The translations under genes were made by a program, and so were the position numbers. From Lingula anatina (Eukaryota; Animalia; Brachiopoda), in contig CM120641.1 of the NCBI GenBank assembly GCA_051362555.1, forward strand, positions 9,052,001 to 9,116,000: a DNA stretch of 64,000 nucleotides, given 5' to 3'. How positions within the stretch are numbered: position 1 is the first letter of the stretch; each line of letters begins with the position of its first letter. Below the pieces are notes generated by a model. It saw only the letters and a program-made list of their open reading frames with translations, ran no database searches and was not told where the DNA came from. This document shows positions 49,201 to 63,140 of the stretch, piece after piece.

Positions 49201-52200
49201 GTCTAAACGCTACAGAGGAAATCCACACTGACAAGAATGACCAGTTTCAATCGTTTAATGTGAACTCATTGCCTGCTCAGGTACATTCTGATTCCCTATT
49301 CAATATTACACACTTTTAGTACGTACTCCAGCCAATGGCTTCATGCACTTCTTATCACTGGCTTCTTAATGCGACAGGTACACAAGCCTTACTCAGCCTC
49401 TTCAAAATTGACACAATGTATTATGGAAAATAATAAAAATTATGACTTGAAATTATTGACATCGTCCATGAATTATTAAATGTCTCCGACATATTCTCAT
49501 ACACCTGTGAATGCTGAGTCTATATTTTATAATCATTGTGCAGGAAAATCTGCTTGAAATGATAAATTTCTTATTGATTTTCTTATAATTCAATGATACG
49601 TCAGTCAACATTTAATCATATTGTCGCAAGTGGATGGCAGAAACAAAGACATATGGTGCGTTACCTGCGCATATTCATTTTATTCAAATATCGAATAATT
49701 GTTGTTGAATAATATTTTAATATAGAAATATTGTTCGTGTCAGCCGTAATGGACTTTCAGTCAATTTTGAAAGGTAAATAGTGCATATACGAAGATTTTG
49801 CCATAAGAAATCATTTGCTTTGGTTGCTTAAGTCATAGTTTTAGATGGATGACTTAACTTCTTTCTTTTTTTTCTAAGATTTCACAGAATACAAGACGTT
49901 TAAAAACACCTGTTATATGCACTGTTTAGTTTCTATAAGCTTATCAATCACCGACCACAATTTAGACTGCATACTGATATTGACATCGTCCATGAATTAT
50001 TAAATGTCTCCAACATATTGATTCAAGTCCTGACCCGTCTCGACCGCTAGTGTTAATGCTGGCTCCCCCACACAGTCACCGTTTCTGCTTCTCCTCCAAG
50101 ACTACAGGGACCTGTGTCACCATATCTAAGCGTAAGGCCACATAATCTCAACCTGAACCTGCTAGATTTTGGTCTCTGTCACTGCATTGCACCATTGCCA
50201 AAATTTTTAAAAATTAAATACTCCTAAACCAGAGGAATTATAGGAAAAGTTACTAAAGAAATCTGGAGATTTCAGAATATGACTAGTGAATCATAACATC
50301 TTTCAAAGAGGGGCTTTCTTGATTGTTGTAACCCTGGTTGGTGTGTGAGGAGTGGAGTCCAGTTATGGTGACCTCACTTTATAAAGTGTCACTTTACAGT
50401 TACTGGGACCTTTCTAGGAGTAATGACCAGATTATGTCTGATGCACATGTACACCAAGTATCATATTTTATACCCTCACCATACTAGTAAAGAATTGCTC
50501 ATCTTGTTTGTGGGACTTTTTTTTATGAATTGTAGTTTGTAGTTTTGTTATCATGTTGCCATCAAACACATGTATGATTTTCATTTTCAGTGATGCTAGA
50601 TGGCTCAGCAGATGTTCTTCCATATGGACTTTTCAAAAATGCTGTACACCTAGGAGTGGAAAAGGTCAGACCAATCCTAGCGGAGCTTAGGACATTGCAG
50701 AAAAATTTTGGAAAAAAGAAAAAGCCAATTGTTATTCCACCTGAAGATATCATCCCTCAGGAGATGCGTGATACCCTAAAAGTGTAAGATTTGGGGATTA
50801 CCATGTGTTACTATTTTGATAAATTTTAAGTATGGTTGATCTGTATGAATAAAGATGTTTTAAGTATAATGGTTGATCTATGTGAACCAGCAGTTAGCAT
50901 CTGTTCAATTGGTTGTCTACCATTTCAAATTAGTACCATTACTTAGTACAACTCAGTATACATATGTTACGTTAAATAGAAGTACAAAATACTTTTTCTT
51001 ATATTTGGTGTACAATGCATGGCATCTTAATGATGTTTTGTAAGAATAAGTTTGTGAGTAAGCTTTTTGATGGAAAGAACCTCAATATTTAAATGAAAAA
51101 AAAAACTTTCACATTTTATTTTAGTATAGCAGAACAAAAATTACATGGAATTTTTACTGACAGCAGCCACAATAAGGTAGGGAAAAAATAAGATTTTTCT
51201 TTATTTATTTCTCATTTTTTTCAGGCACCTCACTTAATTCAGTTATACATGATTTCTATATTCTTATTTTCACTCACTCACCAAAAGGCAATTTGTAACT
51301 CAACTTAGCCTTGTGAGCATGTGAGTGACTTCGATAATGAAGATACATTGATCTGCAACTTTTTTTTACTCAGTATGCATGTCAGATGGCAGCAGTCTTA
51401 TTGTAATCATTCAGAACTGAACTTAAAGTTGTAGGTTTCATAGCTTGCCATCCAAGCAGTGAGTTCCAGTTGATTACCAGAAGTTATCTTGCTATGGACA
51501 CTTGTTGTGCTTTTATAATGTGGTTGTTGACCAATTCAGTTGTGATTTAAAATAGTCCTCTAAGAAAAGGGTAGTGCCTGTCTTGATACATGGTCTGGTT
51601 TGATTTTCAGTTTTCAAGAGATAAGGCGGTCAATGATGTCAGATATCAAACTGTCAGAGCTATGCAAGGTATCAATATATCCTCCATCTCAAGTAAATTT
51701 TATGAATTTACTCTATACCTTATTGATTATGTATTGTAATCAGAAAGGTTATCTGAATCATTGATACAAGTAGTAACTGAAGCATAACCATATTGTTGTG
51801 GTAATCAGTCACTTATAAAGGGTTTTAGTGGGGTCTTCTGTTTATGTTATTTCTTAATTCCAACACATATTTGCAGTGTGAATTTAATGGATATAATCTG
51901 ATTTATTATCAAGTTACCAAATTTTAATTTACTAAGTAATATGTACATGGTACCAATTTCTTAGTGATATTTCATCATTTTTTGTTTCAGTTAAAGCAAT
52001 TTAGTTCTTTTTTTTTTTTGCAAATATTAATTGAACTAGCAGATGTTTAATATTAAGAGTAACATACATTCACATCAGTTTTTCAAACTTTTCTTTTTTT
52101 AGATATTTATAAAGAAGCTTCACCAGTAACTCTTCATGAAACTTTTAACCAAGTTTGTAAGGACATATTCAGAAATATAGTTCTTGAACAGAACATAAGG

Positions 52201-55200
52201 TCAGTTCAGAGGATTTATCATCAATTTATGTGACACATTTGAAATTGAAAAGAAAATTGAATTCTTGTTTCTAAGATATTACTTTAGTGACTAAACATTG
52301 TAGCTGGGTAGCCATTGTTTATCCTTGCACTTTGACTTGTGTCAAGAGTAGATATTTATATTTGGATATTTATGTCACTGCTTGGGTAATGATTATTCAT
52401 AATGAAAACCTTAAGAAATCTGTTTACCTGGCTATTTTAAAGTATTGGTGGAGTAATTTTTTATGTGAAAGAATAGAATCATCCACCCACTCAATACAGC
52501 CCCATACCCAGTTTGATTTCAATACCCAAAAGCCCATGTGCAGATAATAGGTCTATCAAACCCTAATGTTTCAAGTATTTCAGTCCAGTGGTTTAAGAGA
52601 AGTTACTGAAATTACAAATGCATGGATGGATGGATGGACTATGTGGGAGATAACATTATCTCCGACTTTTGTCACAAAAGTGCATGGATAATATAGTCTC
52701 AGTTCATGTTGAAGAGATAAAATCCATTCACACTTTCTCATCTGTAATATTCTGTTTTTATAATCTTTTTAACCATTTGTCAGTCTGTGGTTTGAAATAT
52801 ATCCTATGATACAGAGGTTTTTTAGTAGGGAAGGATGTGTGTGAAAAGTTAATTGAAATTTTCAGTTTTTACAGCAAAACAATGGAATTCTATTTTTCTT
52901 CATTTCTGATGACAAGCTTTAAAGTATTGTGTTTGATATGCCTTCTGTCCCTTAAGTTTCAGTAGCTGTGTCTTATTTTTGAGTAGATGAACTGCACTTT
53001 TGTGTTAGATATAATTTCTCATTTAACTTTCAAAAAGGTGTGATGGCCGCCAGTTGAGTGACATGCGTCCTGTTAGCTGTCAGGTGGACCTGTTCAAACC
53101 TTTGCATGGTTCAGCATTATTTCAGAGAGGACAGACACAAGTAAGAAATGCATAAATCTCTTCAATCGGATTTATGCTTTTAATTACTTAAAATATAAAT
53201 AACTAAAACAAGACTGTAGAATCTTAATTTTCAACCATTTCAATGTTGAAAATGGCAAAAAATTAAAAACCAAGTGTCTTCTTTTAATTGTTTATTTAAT
53301 CATTTATTTATTGATTATTGCTATTGCTATAGTCACAACAGGGATTTGGAAGCATTTACTTCTTATAACTATAGGCTGAATTATAATTTTGATACCTTGA
53401 ATTGGTCTAAATATGAAATATATTTTTCTCACATAATAGTTGTAATATAATCCCTAGCAGTTGTTACAGTCTTTAATAGATTTATCTTATGTAGCATGTT
53501 AAGATGAATAATAAATAGTAAAAAACAACCTAGTGAACTGAAGTTATGCAGAACATTCTAGATATTGTTCCTGACAATATAGATGTAGCGAAATTAAAGA
53601 TTTAATTGAACTGGTTCTTTGATAATAATAATAATAATAACATTAATGAGCTTATATTGAGTAACTTAATGATGTGGAACCATTCTTACAACACATTTCC
53701 AGGTGCTATGTACAGTGACATTTGATTCCCTGGAATCGGCAGCCAAAGTGGATCCAATTTCTGTGTTAACAGGGTGAGTTTGAGAACTCCTTAGTAGAGT
53801 TAGTATTTTGCTTGTCTTGTGATTAATTAATGGATAAGGAAAATGTGTGCCACAGAATAACAAAAGCTCTCAGTAAAACTCTGTGCACACTTTGAAATCC
53901 CTCATCATTAAATGCATGCCTGATGGAAGGGGCTTGGATCGTGACAGGATAGTTATAGCACTTCACATTTTACTGCATTTAATGCTGCAATTTACTGGTA
54001 TATATCATATATGGGTGTAAATAGCTTTCTGTAAATTTGGTGGTCAGGTCCGTGTACCAGAACAATGACTCATATCACATAGTAATACTATGGCATTCAT
54101 TTTGACATTGAAAAGCCCATTTAAGAGCGAAATATTAACATAAATTGCTTATAAATGGGTATTTCAATGTTAAAATTGCAATATTTAGACCCTTGTCAAA
54201 TCCGTGTATTTATTCTGTCAATTACCTGTTGTAATTGTCTTACAGGGGGCTGGCTGAGAAGAATTTCATGCTGCATTATGAGGTATGGTAAAACAATGGG
54301 TAATTTTTAAATTCTGGAACACCAATTTCATTTTTGATGCTGTAAGTAACTAGATCGTGAATTTGTTTTACCTGAATCAGTATTTAAACTACTTTGAGAA
54401 CATTTATGTTGATCATTCCTGTCAGTTATATATTTATGGACTTAATTGGGTCTTATGCTGGCAACATTTTTTCCAACAACAGTTGGGCAGTTTGATAATG
54501 GTATTTTCAGTTTCCTCCATATGCAACCAATGAAACTGGCAAACAAGGTGTAGCTAACAGAAGAGAGCTTGGTCATGGTAGGGAAATTTTGAACTCAATA
54601 TTTTTATTCTAATTTGCATTTTAATTAAAAGATCATTTAATAATTTAACAGTTTGTACTCGTATAAAGAATATTAGCATGTTTAATGGGAATTGTTATAT
54701 TTGAAAAAGATGGACATTGTTTAGGGATAGCTTAAATGTATATAATGTCCACAGGTGCCCTGGCAGAAAAAGCATTGAGAACTGTACTACCAGAAGACTA
54801 TCCCTTCACAATAAGACTTACTTCAGAAGTCCTTGAATCAAATGGTAAGAACATCATTATCATCTAGCTGATTTCTAGAGGAAATAAGGCAGTAAAGCTG
54901 TCAAATGTACAGATAAAAAGCAGAAAATAACGATGTACAAAATAGGTTATTTTGCCAGTTTTGGATGCAAAACACATTATGCTCAATAGCAAAGTCAACA
55001 CCAAATTTTAATTATGCATAACAGGTAAAACTCATGTTATGAATATGAAACTAGCATAAGGCTTCAGGGCCAATAGAGTTCAGAGTCACACCTTGAAAAT
55101 GAACATTTTGCAAAAAAAAACAAAAAAAAAACGGATTCTGTCAGGCTGTTTTTATGTACAGACACAGATGTGTCTGTACATATTGCCATCACCTGCGTCT

Positions 55201-58200
55201 GTCGTCGCCGTCGCCGTCGCCGATCATGTCGCCGTCGCCGTGCACTTTCAGCGTTAACACCATAAGTGGAAGACAGTTTTACTTTTTGGCTTTATATTTA
55301 CAGAGCTGACTAATATTCATAAAATGCAGGTCAAGTTCGAAAATCAGCATGATCGGGCCATTATTGTAGCATTTATCCTGTTTTTTCACTTTTTAGCATA
55401 TATGCAACACTGTTAACACATTTCAAGGAAAACCGATAGGCCTGTTGTCATGAAACTCACAGGAGTTATCAATCTTACTAAAATGCAGATCAAGTTCGAA
55501 AATCGGCATGATCGGGCCACTATTTTAGTAGTTATGCTGTTTTTATGTACAGACACAGATGTGTCTGTACATATTGCCATCACCTGCGTCTGTCGTCGCC
55601 GATGGCGATGGCGATGGCGATGCCGATGCCGATGCCGATGCCGGCGCCGTGCACTTTCCTTGTAAACACGATAAGTGGAGGGCAGTTTTACTTTTTGGCT
55701 TTATATTTACAGAGCTGATGAATATTCATAAAACGCAGGTCAAGTTCGAAAATCAGCATGATCGGGCCATTATTGTAGAAGTTATGCTGTTTTTTCACTT
55801 TTCAGCATATTTTTCACATTTCCTCAGATTCAATTCTTAGGCATGTTAACAGTCTCATTATTAAACTAATAAGATACGTAAAAGTGTTTGTTTGACATTT
55901 CCTGCATCTTTACAACATTGTTAGTTGATTTTGTAAAAATGATGGTAAACTTGTTATCGTGTATTGTGTAATAAAGTTTCAAAAATGGAAATAAACTCAT
56001 ATCATTGCAGTTTGTCAGATTGAATTATTCACTATGTTCAGAATCTCAGAATGGAAGAAATTGGACATTTAACACTGCTCTGTTGATATTTTTCCCATCT
56101 CATCAATTTTCTTAGTTGATAATATAAAAATGGCAGTAAACTGTTAATTTTGTTTTATGTTAAAAATTGTTAAAAATGGAAAAAAAAACATTTCAGAACA
56201 GTGCTGTCTTGTTTACATTTTGGCATTTTCAAGTTGTGACTTTGAAGTTCCATGGGCCTGAAGACCTTTGCTAGTCACATTTTCTGAATATCCATGATAC
56301 TAATATTTTATTATTAAAAATTGATGGTCATCATGCTGTTAAACATTATGTAATATTGCATCAAAATTTGAAAAAAAACTATTTTGGGCACTGCTCCCAT
56401 GATGACCATTTAAGAAAAACCATGTCACTTACTGTTCTCAAACAGTACAGTAAATATATATAGATGTGTCTGTACATATTGCCATCACCTGCGTCTGTCG
56501 TCGCCGTCGCCGTCAGCGCCGTGCACTTTCCTTGTAAACACGATAAGTGGAAGGCAGTTTTACTTTTTGGCTTTATATTTACAGAGCTGATGAATATTCA
56601 TAAAATGCAGGTCAAGTTCGAAAATCAGCATGATCGGGCCATTATTGTAGAAGTTATGCTGTTTTTTCACTTTTCAGCATATATGCAACACTGTAAACAC
56701 ATTTCAACGAAAACCGATAGGCCTGTTGTCATGAAACTCACAGGAAAAATTGATCTTACTAAAACGCAGGTCAAGTTAGAAAATTGGCATGATTGGGCCA
56801 CTATTTTAGTAGTTATGCTTTTTTTTCTTTTTTCAGCATATATGCAACACTGTAAACACAATATAAGAAAAACAGATAGGCCAATTGTCATTAAACTCAC
56901 AGGAGTGGTCAATCCTGCTAAAACGCAGGTCAAGTTAAAAAATCAGCATAATCAGGCCATTATTTTAGAAGTTATGCTGTTTTTTACATTTCCTTAGATT
57001 CAATTCTTAGGCATGTTAACAGTTTCATTATTTAATTAATAAGATATGTAAAAGTGTTTTTTTGACATTTCCTGCATCTTTACTACATTGTTAGTTGATT
57101 TTGTAAAAATGATGTTAAACTTGTTATTGTGTATTGTGTAATAAAGTTTCAAAAATGGAAATAAACTCATATCATTGCAGTTTGTCAGATTGAATCATTC
57201 ACTATGTTCAGAATCTCAGAATGGAGGAAATTGGACATTTGACACTATTCTATTGATATTTTTCCCATCTCATCAATTTTCTTAGTTGATCATATAAAAA
57301 TGGCAGTTAACTGTTAATTTTGTTTTATGTTAAAAATTGTTAAAAATGGAAATAAACCCATTTCAGAACAGTGCTGTCTTGTTTACATTTTGGCATTTTC
57401 AAGTTGTGGCTTTGAAGTTCCATGGGCCTAAAGACCTTTGCTAGTCACATTTTCTGAATATCCATGATACTAATATTTTATTATTAAAAATTGATGGTCA
57501 TTATGCTGTTAAACATTATGTAATATTGCATCAAAATTTGAAAAAAAACTATTTTGGGCACTGCTCCCATGATGACCATTTAAGAAAAACCATGTCACTT
57601 ACTGTTCTCAAACAGTACAGTAAATATGTACAGATGTGTCTGTACATATTGCCATCACCTGCGTCTGTCGTCGCCATCATCGCTGTTGCCGGCACCTTGC
57701 ACTTTCATTGTAAACACGATAAGTGGAAGGCAGTTTTACTTTTGGGCTTTATATTTAAAGAGCTGATGAATATTCATAAAACGCAGGTCAAGTTCGAAAA
57801 TCAGGATGATCGGGCCATTATTGTAGAAGTTATGCTTTTTTCTTTCACTTTTCAACATATATGCAACACTGTAAACACATTTCAAGGAAAACCGATAGGC
57901 CTGTTGTCGTGAAACTCTCAGGAGTAATCGATCTTACTAAAACGGAGGTCAAGTTCGAAAATTGGCATGCAGCCTGAGTTGGAAAAGCAGTCTAATTGGC
58001 TTCTTTTTCTGGAAGTTATACATTTTCAAAGTGTGAACTTGAACTCTCATGGGCCTGAAGCCTTATGCTTGTTACACATTTTACTTTCATTGGTATTACC
58101 TGTTGAGCATAATTAAAATTTGATGTTGAATTTACAGTTTAACATAATGTACTTTTGCATCAGAATAAACAGTAGCCTATTTTGTACATAGTTATTTCCT

Positions 58201-61200
58201 GCTTTTTGTCTGTACATTTGACAGCTTTGCTGCCTTGTTTCACTTTTCAGCATATGTGCAACACTGTTAACACATTTCAAGGAAAACCGATAGACCTGTT
58301 GTCATGAAACTCACAGGAGTAATCAATCTTACTAAAACGCAGGTCAAGTTCGAAAATCAGCATAATCGGGCCATTATTTTATAAGTTATGCTGTTTTTTC
58401 ACATTTCCTCAGATTCAATTCTTAGGTATGTTAACAGTCTCATTATTTAACTAATAAGATTAGTAAAAGTGTTTGTTTGACATTTCCTGCATCTTTACAA
58501 CATTGTTAGTTGATTATGTAAAAATGATGGTAAACTTGTTATCATGTATTGTATAATAGAGTTTCAAAAATGGAAATAAACTCATATCATTGCAGTTTGT
58601 CAGATTCATTCATTCACTATGTTCAGAAACTCAGAATGGAGGAAATTGGACATTAAACACTGTTCTATTGATATTTTTCCCATCTCATCAATTTTCTTAG
58701 TTGATCATATATAAATGGCAGTAAATTGTTAATTTTGTTATATGTTAAAAAATTGTTAAAAATGGAAAAAAAAAACATTTCAGGACAGTGCTGTCTTGTC
58801 TACATTTTAGCATTTTCAAGGTGTGACTTTGAAGTTCCTTGGACCTGAAGACCTTTGCTAGGAACATCTTCTGAATATCCATGATACTAATATTTTATTA
58901 TTAAAAATTGATGGTAATTATCCTGTTAAAAAATTATGTAATATTGCATCAAAATTTGAAGACACCCCTATTTTGGACACTGCTCCCATGATGACCATTT
59001 AAGGAAAACCATGTCACTTACTGTTCTCAAACTTACAGGAAGAAACATGGGACTTAAATAAAGCTTCAGTGGGCAATGCAGTCTATTTGGTAAATTTTTT
59101 TGGCAGTTAATCAGTTTTTTGTGAAAATTTAATTTTTCACATATTGGCATTTTCAAGGTGTGACTTAAGAATCTCCACCGGCTTGAAGACCCATGCTAGT
59201 CACATTTCTGAAAATCCATGATTCGGATCTTTTATTATTAAAAACTGATGGTCATTATGCTGTTAAGCATTATGTAATATTGCATTAAAATAGAAGAAAA
59301 CACAATTTTGGGTGCTGCTCCCATGGACATGAAGCCAAATGGTAATCAAATTTTCTACATGTCCATGCTATTTATAGTCAATTATCAAAAATTGGTGATA
59401 AGTATTCTGTAATTTATTATGTAATGTTACATCAAAATTGACAAAAATCTTTTTGCACTGCTACTACAAACATTATGAAAAGAAAACTGTGTTACTTATT
59501 ATTATTTTCAACTTACAAGTATGATTTGTAGGATTGGCATGCAGTTCAAATAAGGAAGCCAGCTCAAATGGGTTATCATTTATTATTGAATTTAAGCAGT
59601 TTTATGTGAAATTTTCATTTTTCTCATTCTGGCATTTTCAAAGTGTGAACTTAAACTCCCATGGGCCTGAAGCCTTACGCTTGTTACACATTTCACTTAC
59701 ATTGGTATTACCTGTTGAGCATAATTAAAATTTGATGTTGAATTTGCAGTTAAGCATAATGTACTTTTGCATCAGAATTGACAGTAGCCTGTTTTGTTAT
59801 TTCTTGCTTTTTGTCTGTACATTTGACAGCTTTGCTGCCTTGTTCAAATTTGACCTCTATCTGTGTCATGTTCATCAGTCCTTAAAGTTTGAAGACAATC
59901 ATTCAAATGGTTTTCCATGAAATGTGGTTTATGTCTTGCACATAGTAACAAAATTGCCGGAAAATAACCTGCATAAAAATAATCCAATCAAGCTGATTTT
60001 TTAAATTGACCTGTATTTTAATAACATTGATCATTCCTATAAGTTTGAAGACAATAGGCTTGTCTTTCTTTCTTCAGATGTGTTATCTGTGTTGCATGTA
60101 GTATAATATATTCAGAAAAAAGCAGCATAATTTTTCAAAAAATGGTCTAGGCAAGCTGATTTTTTAACCCTACCTGTAATTATCAAATATTCATTAGCTC
60201 TGTAAGTTTAAAGACAATGGTGTTATTCCTGAAATTGCATGGCAAAAGTGATGATGGATGCAGGTAATGGCTATATATACAGATACAGATGTGTCTATAT
60301 ATAAAAAGCAAGGACATAAAAGTTTTGCATGTCTAGCTTGTAACTTAAAGAAAACAAAAATGCAGAATTAGAATGTATAACGTGCATAGCATGTGGGAAA
60401 TTTGAACACTTTTTGAGAAAATTAATGTTTATTGCTAATATAATACAAATGTGTTTAAATTGAAAATCCTAATTTTTGTTACATAATGCTAATTTGATGT
60501 TCATTCCTCTTTAGGATCTTCATCTATGGCCACTGTCTGTGGGGGTAGTCTGGCTTTAATGGATGCAGGTACACCTACAACTGTTTATTCTCTGATACAC
60601 CAAGCTCATGTCTTTGTAAGAAAAAGGTGTACTGATGTGAAAAAATAATCTTGTTGTTTTGAGATTTCTTGCATAATCTGATGTTCTTGGTGTCATGGTC
60701 AATTTATGTTGTGTTTGTACACTAGCAGTTTCTTTCCATCACACTGTATTTGAATCATTTTGGTTATTTGTGCCATGGTAGATTCTAGGAACAAAAGCCA
60801 ATGCATACAACTGATTAAATTCCTTCATATTGCATATACAACATTTTCCTACACCAATAAATCATGTTACAATAGTTGGTTTTTATTCACCTTTAAGGAG
60901 TACCTATATCTGAACCTGCTGCAGGGGTAGCTATTGGTGTATTCACAAACTATAAAGGTGATGATGCATCCAGTGATCTTAATGAAGACAGCAAGGAACA
61001 AACAGGACAAGATGAGAAGCACTGTTTACTTACAGACTTAGTAGTAGGTTCACAAGTAAAGATTTTAGATTGTTAGAGGTTGAGCTTATGAATTAAAATG
61101 TTTTATAGGATGAAGGATGAAGTCTCCATTTTCTAACCATGAATTCTGAATTTGTTCCATTATCTGATGGATTATGTGCTGGGAATAGATTTTTTCCATT

Positions 61201-62383
61201 GATGAAATTTGCAATTTAAACTAAATTGCACATAATTAAATCATGATTTGATGACTAATTTTAAAAGGGGTAACATAATAAGATGTCTGATTTCTTTTTT
61301 AATTAACTTTTGTCTTTTTTGCACAGGGCATAGAAGATTATATGGGTGATATGGACTTTAAGATGGCAGGCACAAAATTTGGTGTCACAGCTATACAGGT
61401 AAAGTATAAATCAATTGACTGATGAAAAAAGGGGCATAAATAAAACAAAGAATAGTACATTTTTAGATAAATATTTTAGGGCCTTAAAAAGGGATATTGA
61501 TGCCACAAAAAATAATTATAATTTATCAATTTATCTTCATTAATGTCTCAGTTGTGTTGACAGCACCGCTTTAAGTGTGAAGTTTAGCATTAGAATGTGT
61601 TTTCAAGACCCCATATGTGAGTGGTGAAATAAAGTTAGAATTCCAAAAACCATTTAAAGGGATAACAACTCTTTGTTTGAGATCCATATTTCACAATAAT
61701 TACATTGTAAACAACACATAGAGATATAATAAATTGTATTTTACCACCAAAACGGTGGTTATCACAATTACTCTAGGATTGGTGCATGCCATCGGACCAT
61801 GTAACCTTCATAGATGGCTAGCTACCCTCTGTAATAATGTTTTAAGAGATTATAACAAAAGACAAAACTTGTTAAAATAAAAAGGGACTAACTTTGAGGA
61901 TGGAACAAATTCATTAACCATCGTTAAATTGACAAATAAAATGTTGATGTGAATATATACATGTTTTTTTTTAATTTAGGCAGATGTCAAAACACCTGGT
62001 CTTCCTACAGATGTGATGATAGAAGCAACAGATGAAGCACAGGTTGCCATTAAAAAACTTTTGGACATCATGGCTGAGACCCTCCCAACATACAGATCAC
62101 AGAAGAAGGAAAATGCTCCTGTTACTGGTCAGCTTAGTTCTTGTGTTTGAATTTTATTTGGCATTTTGGGGATATTTTTTAAAATTCAGTTTATTTTACT
62201 ATTGTATTTTTTGATTAAATGCATACATTTTTTGGCAGTTCATGTAATTCTGAAGACTCCATCCAGTATCTGTTATTTTACCCTTGCCTTTTTTTTCAGA
62301 AAAATTGGAGTTACCCTTGTCCAAAAGAGCAAAATTTGTAGGTCCTGGGGGATACAATATTAAAAAATTAAGGTCTGAAACAG
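36431..62383 (+). CDS. PNPT1: PNPT1 mitochondrial polynucleotide phosphorylase, 22 exons visible, 3' end beyond the window
   Basis: Presequence-like exon 1 (36431-36618), then [12 protein letters not shown] (39339), [21 protein letters not shown] (47355), DIPWNGPMG|[18 protein letters not shown] (53038), HYE|FPPYATNE...RRELGH|[15 protein letters not shown]|[19 protein letters not shown], catalytic [15 protein letters not shown] (61326) and KH-domain GPGGYNIK (62300-62383). The S1-domain exons are not in the window. Confidence 0.96.
36636..37294. mobile_element. MITE with about 155-bp TIRs and 8-bp TSD (P-element- or hAT-like)
   Basis: CACGCTCGGCTGTC...GACAGCCGAGCGTG, near-perfect TIRs at 36636-36790 and 37140-37294. 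TSD CGCTTGCC at 36628-36635 and 37295-37302. Internal 18-bp inverted repeat at 36788-36887. Confidence 0.93.
37765..38595 (-). CDS. dapF: Intronless diaminopimelate epimerase (DapF)-like protein, 276 aa, nested antisense in PNPT1 intron 1
   Basis: Collinear DapF motifs: [44 protein letters not shown](74), [19 protein letters not shown](199)[24 protein letters not shown]. Open ORF without stops. Possible minus-strand poly(A) signals ATTAAA (37607-37612) and AATAAA (37429-37434). Confidence 0.9.
   Translation of the reverse strand: MSGIKFHKYKALGSDFLIVDNRQNTFACNEDVIKTMCERHTGIGAQGLIAIQSHPSWDFEMSFYNIQGKPGSLCAMAMMCAIQYAIDIKLSLKAEIYFKSRHGIHSAKSYAEEHAIRIKFHDLDTITKLDELNYYVEIGVPHHIQFKPNVYSLDLHKESLDSQGYRYYGDLISFVHCDEDRKIHVRTYNRRLELETMSCGTSAVAAAIALAFKKKKFKTREKPNKKIKRVVNRGGEMAVTYDQTGDLEFTDISVVGRAQTVFQGTYICGLDEYVII
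43229..43274. repeat. (TA)n microsatellite
   Basis: About 23 TA units. Confidence 0.95.
43314..43545 (+). mobile_element. Short HINE-like element of a second family
   Basis: TTTACCTCTGCCAAGGAGGTTATGTTTTCACC...GTTTGTCTGTC...GACAGAGGTCTGCACTCTCAAAGTGCTTTTCTAGTT: 5' inverted repeat, microsatellite, subterminal repeat, 3' hairpin and CTAGTT end. Confidence 0.75.
47530..47750 (+). mobile_element. Old degenerate copy of the HINE-like 5' module
   Basis: TGTGTCTGGACATTTAGCCATCACCTGCATCTG...AATAAGTGGAAAACC...CAAGTT matches the family 5' end. Confidence 0.6.
48015..48189. mobile_element. Small PIF/Harbinger (Tourist)-like MITE
   Basis: About 55-bp imperfect TIRs (GGCCCCATTCAGA...ACTAACTAGTCCGAGGGTCAAATATGG and its complement), flanked by TAT on both sides. 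Confidence 0.75.
52530..52692 (-). mobile_element. Fragment of another HINE-like element
   Basis: TCAGTCCAGTGGTTTAAGAGAAG, (GGAT)n microsatellite and hairpin TTATCTCCGACTTTTGTCACAAAAGTGCATGGATAA. Confidence 0.5.
54883..60306. mobile_element. Second HINE-like cluster (PNPT1 intron 17), forward copies flanked by inverted fragments
   Basis: Inverted 3' end at 54883-54915. Forward 5' modules at about 55149, 55540, 56463 and 57631. 3' ends at about 58240 and 59844. Reversed degenerate 5' module ending at about 60306. Confidence 0.8.
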
Positions 62384-62443
62384 GTGAGCATTTTTTGAAA
62401 GAAGATTATATGCAGACACTGTAAATGTCTTTTTGTTCTGCTC

Positions 62444-62477
<34 letters not shown>
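62444..62477. repeat. (AAT)n microsatellite
   Basis: About 11 AAT units. Confidence 0.9.
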
Positions 62478-62478
<1 letters not shown>

Positions 62479-63140
62479 TATATTTACAACCAAAATATGG
62501 ATGATGCATTTATAACACTACAAGTGGTAATTCTAAGAAAGACATATTGGACATTATTACATATATTAAAACAAGACATATTTAAACTTTTTCTGAAACA
62601 TTTTCAAGTAATGCATTGGTATTGAAATTTTTGGATTCATTTGGTAAAATCACAAAATTACTTAAAAGTTGACAAGACTTGGGGGGAATAATAGTACCTG
62701 AGGCTCTTGCTGTTCTCAGTTTTAGCACTCTAAATATTTGGGCACTTCATAGCTTATAAAAGTGTCCACTCCATAATGGTAAAATGTGGACTTGGTGGTC
62801 ACTTGTGTACATTTTTTGGTATCACATTGTTGTGATACAGTTGTGTCATCCATATTTAAGTTGTGTGAAGGTCATTTATTTTTTTCACAACAGAATAAGT
62901 CTGAATTTTATTCCTTTGATACACTTGTTTAGATAATATGCAAATCGGAAGTTGAATTTTCAATTTTCACACTTAGTGCCATATTTTTGTGTAACCTATG
63001 TGGCTTTTTTTGCAATGTAAATATTGCATACTAAATATTTCAAAGTTGGATAATGTTTTTGTTAGTTCACTGGAATTTGTCTGTTCATATGACAGTGGAG
63101 TAATGGGAATGACTTTTCTTTGAAGTGTCTGTTTGTTTGC

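Noticed and set aside
60955-61020. Acidic insertion in PNPT1 exon 19
   Set aside because: It falls in a loop that appears variable among PNPases, so it is ordinary divergence.
62690-62815. Possible intronic H/ACA snoRNA (also FCF1 intron 18480-18595)
   Set aside because: Hairpins and an ACA are present, but the H box and pseudouridylation pocket geometry are unconvincing; an Infernal/Rfam search would be needed.
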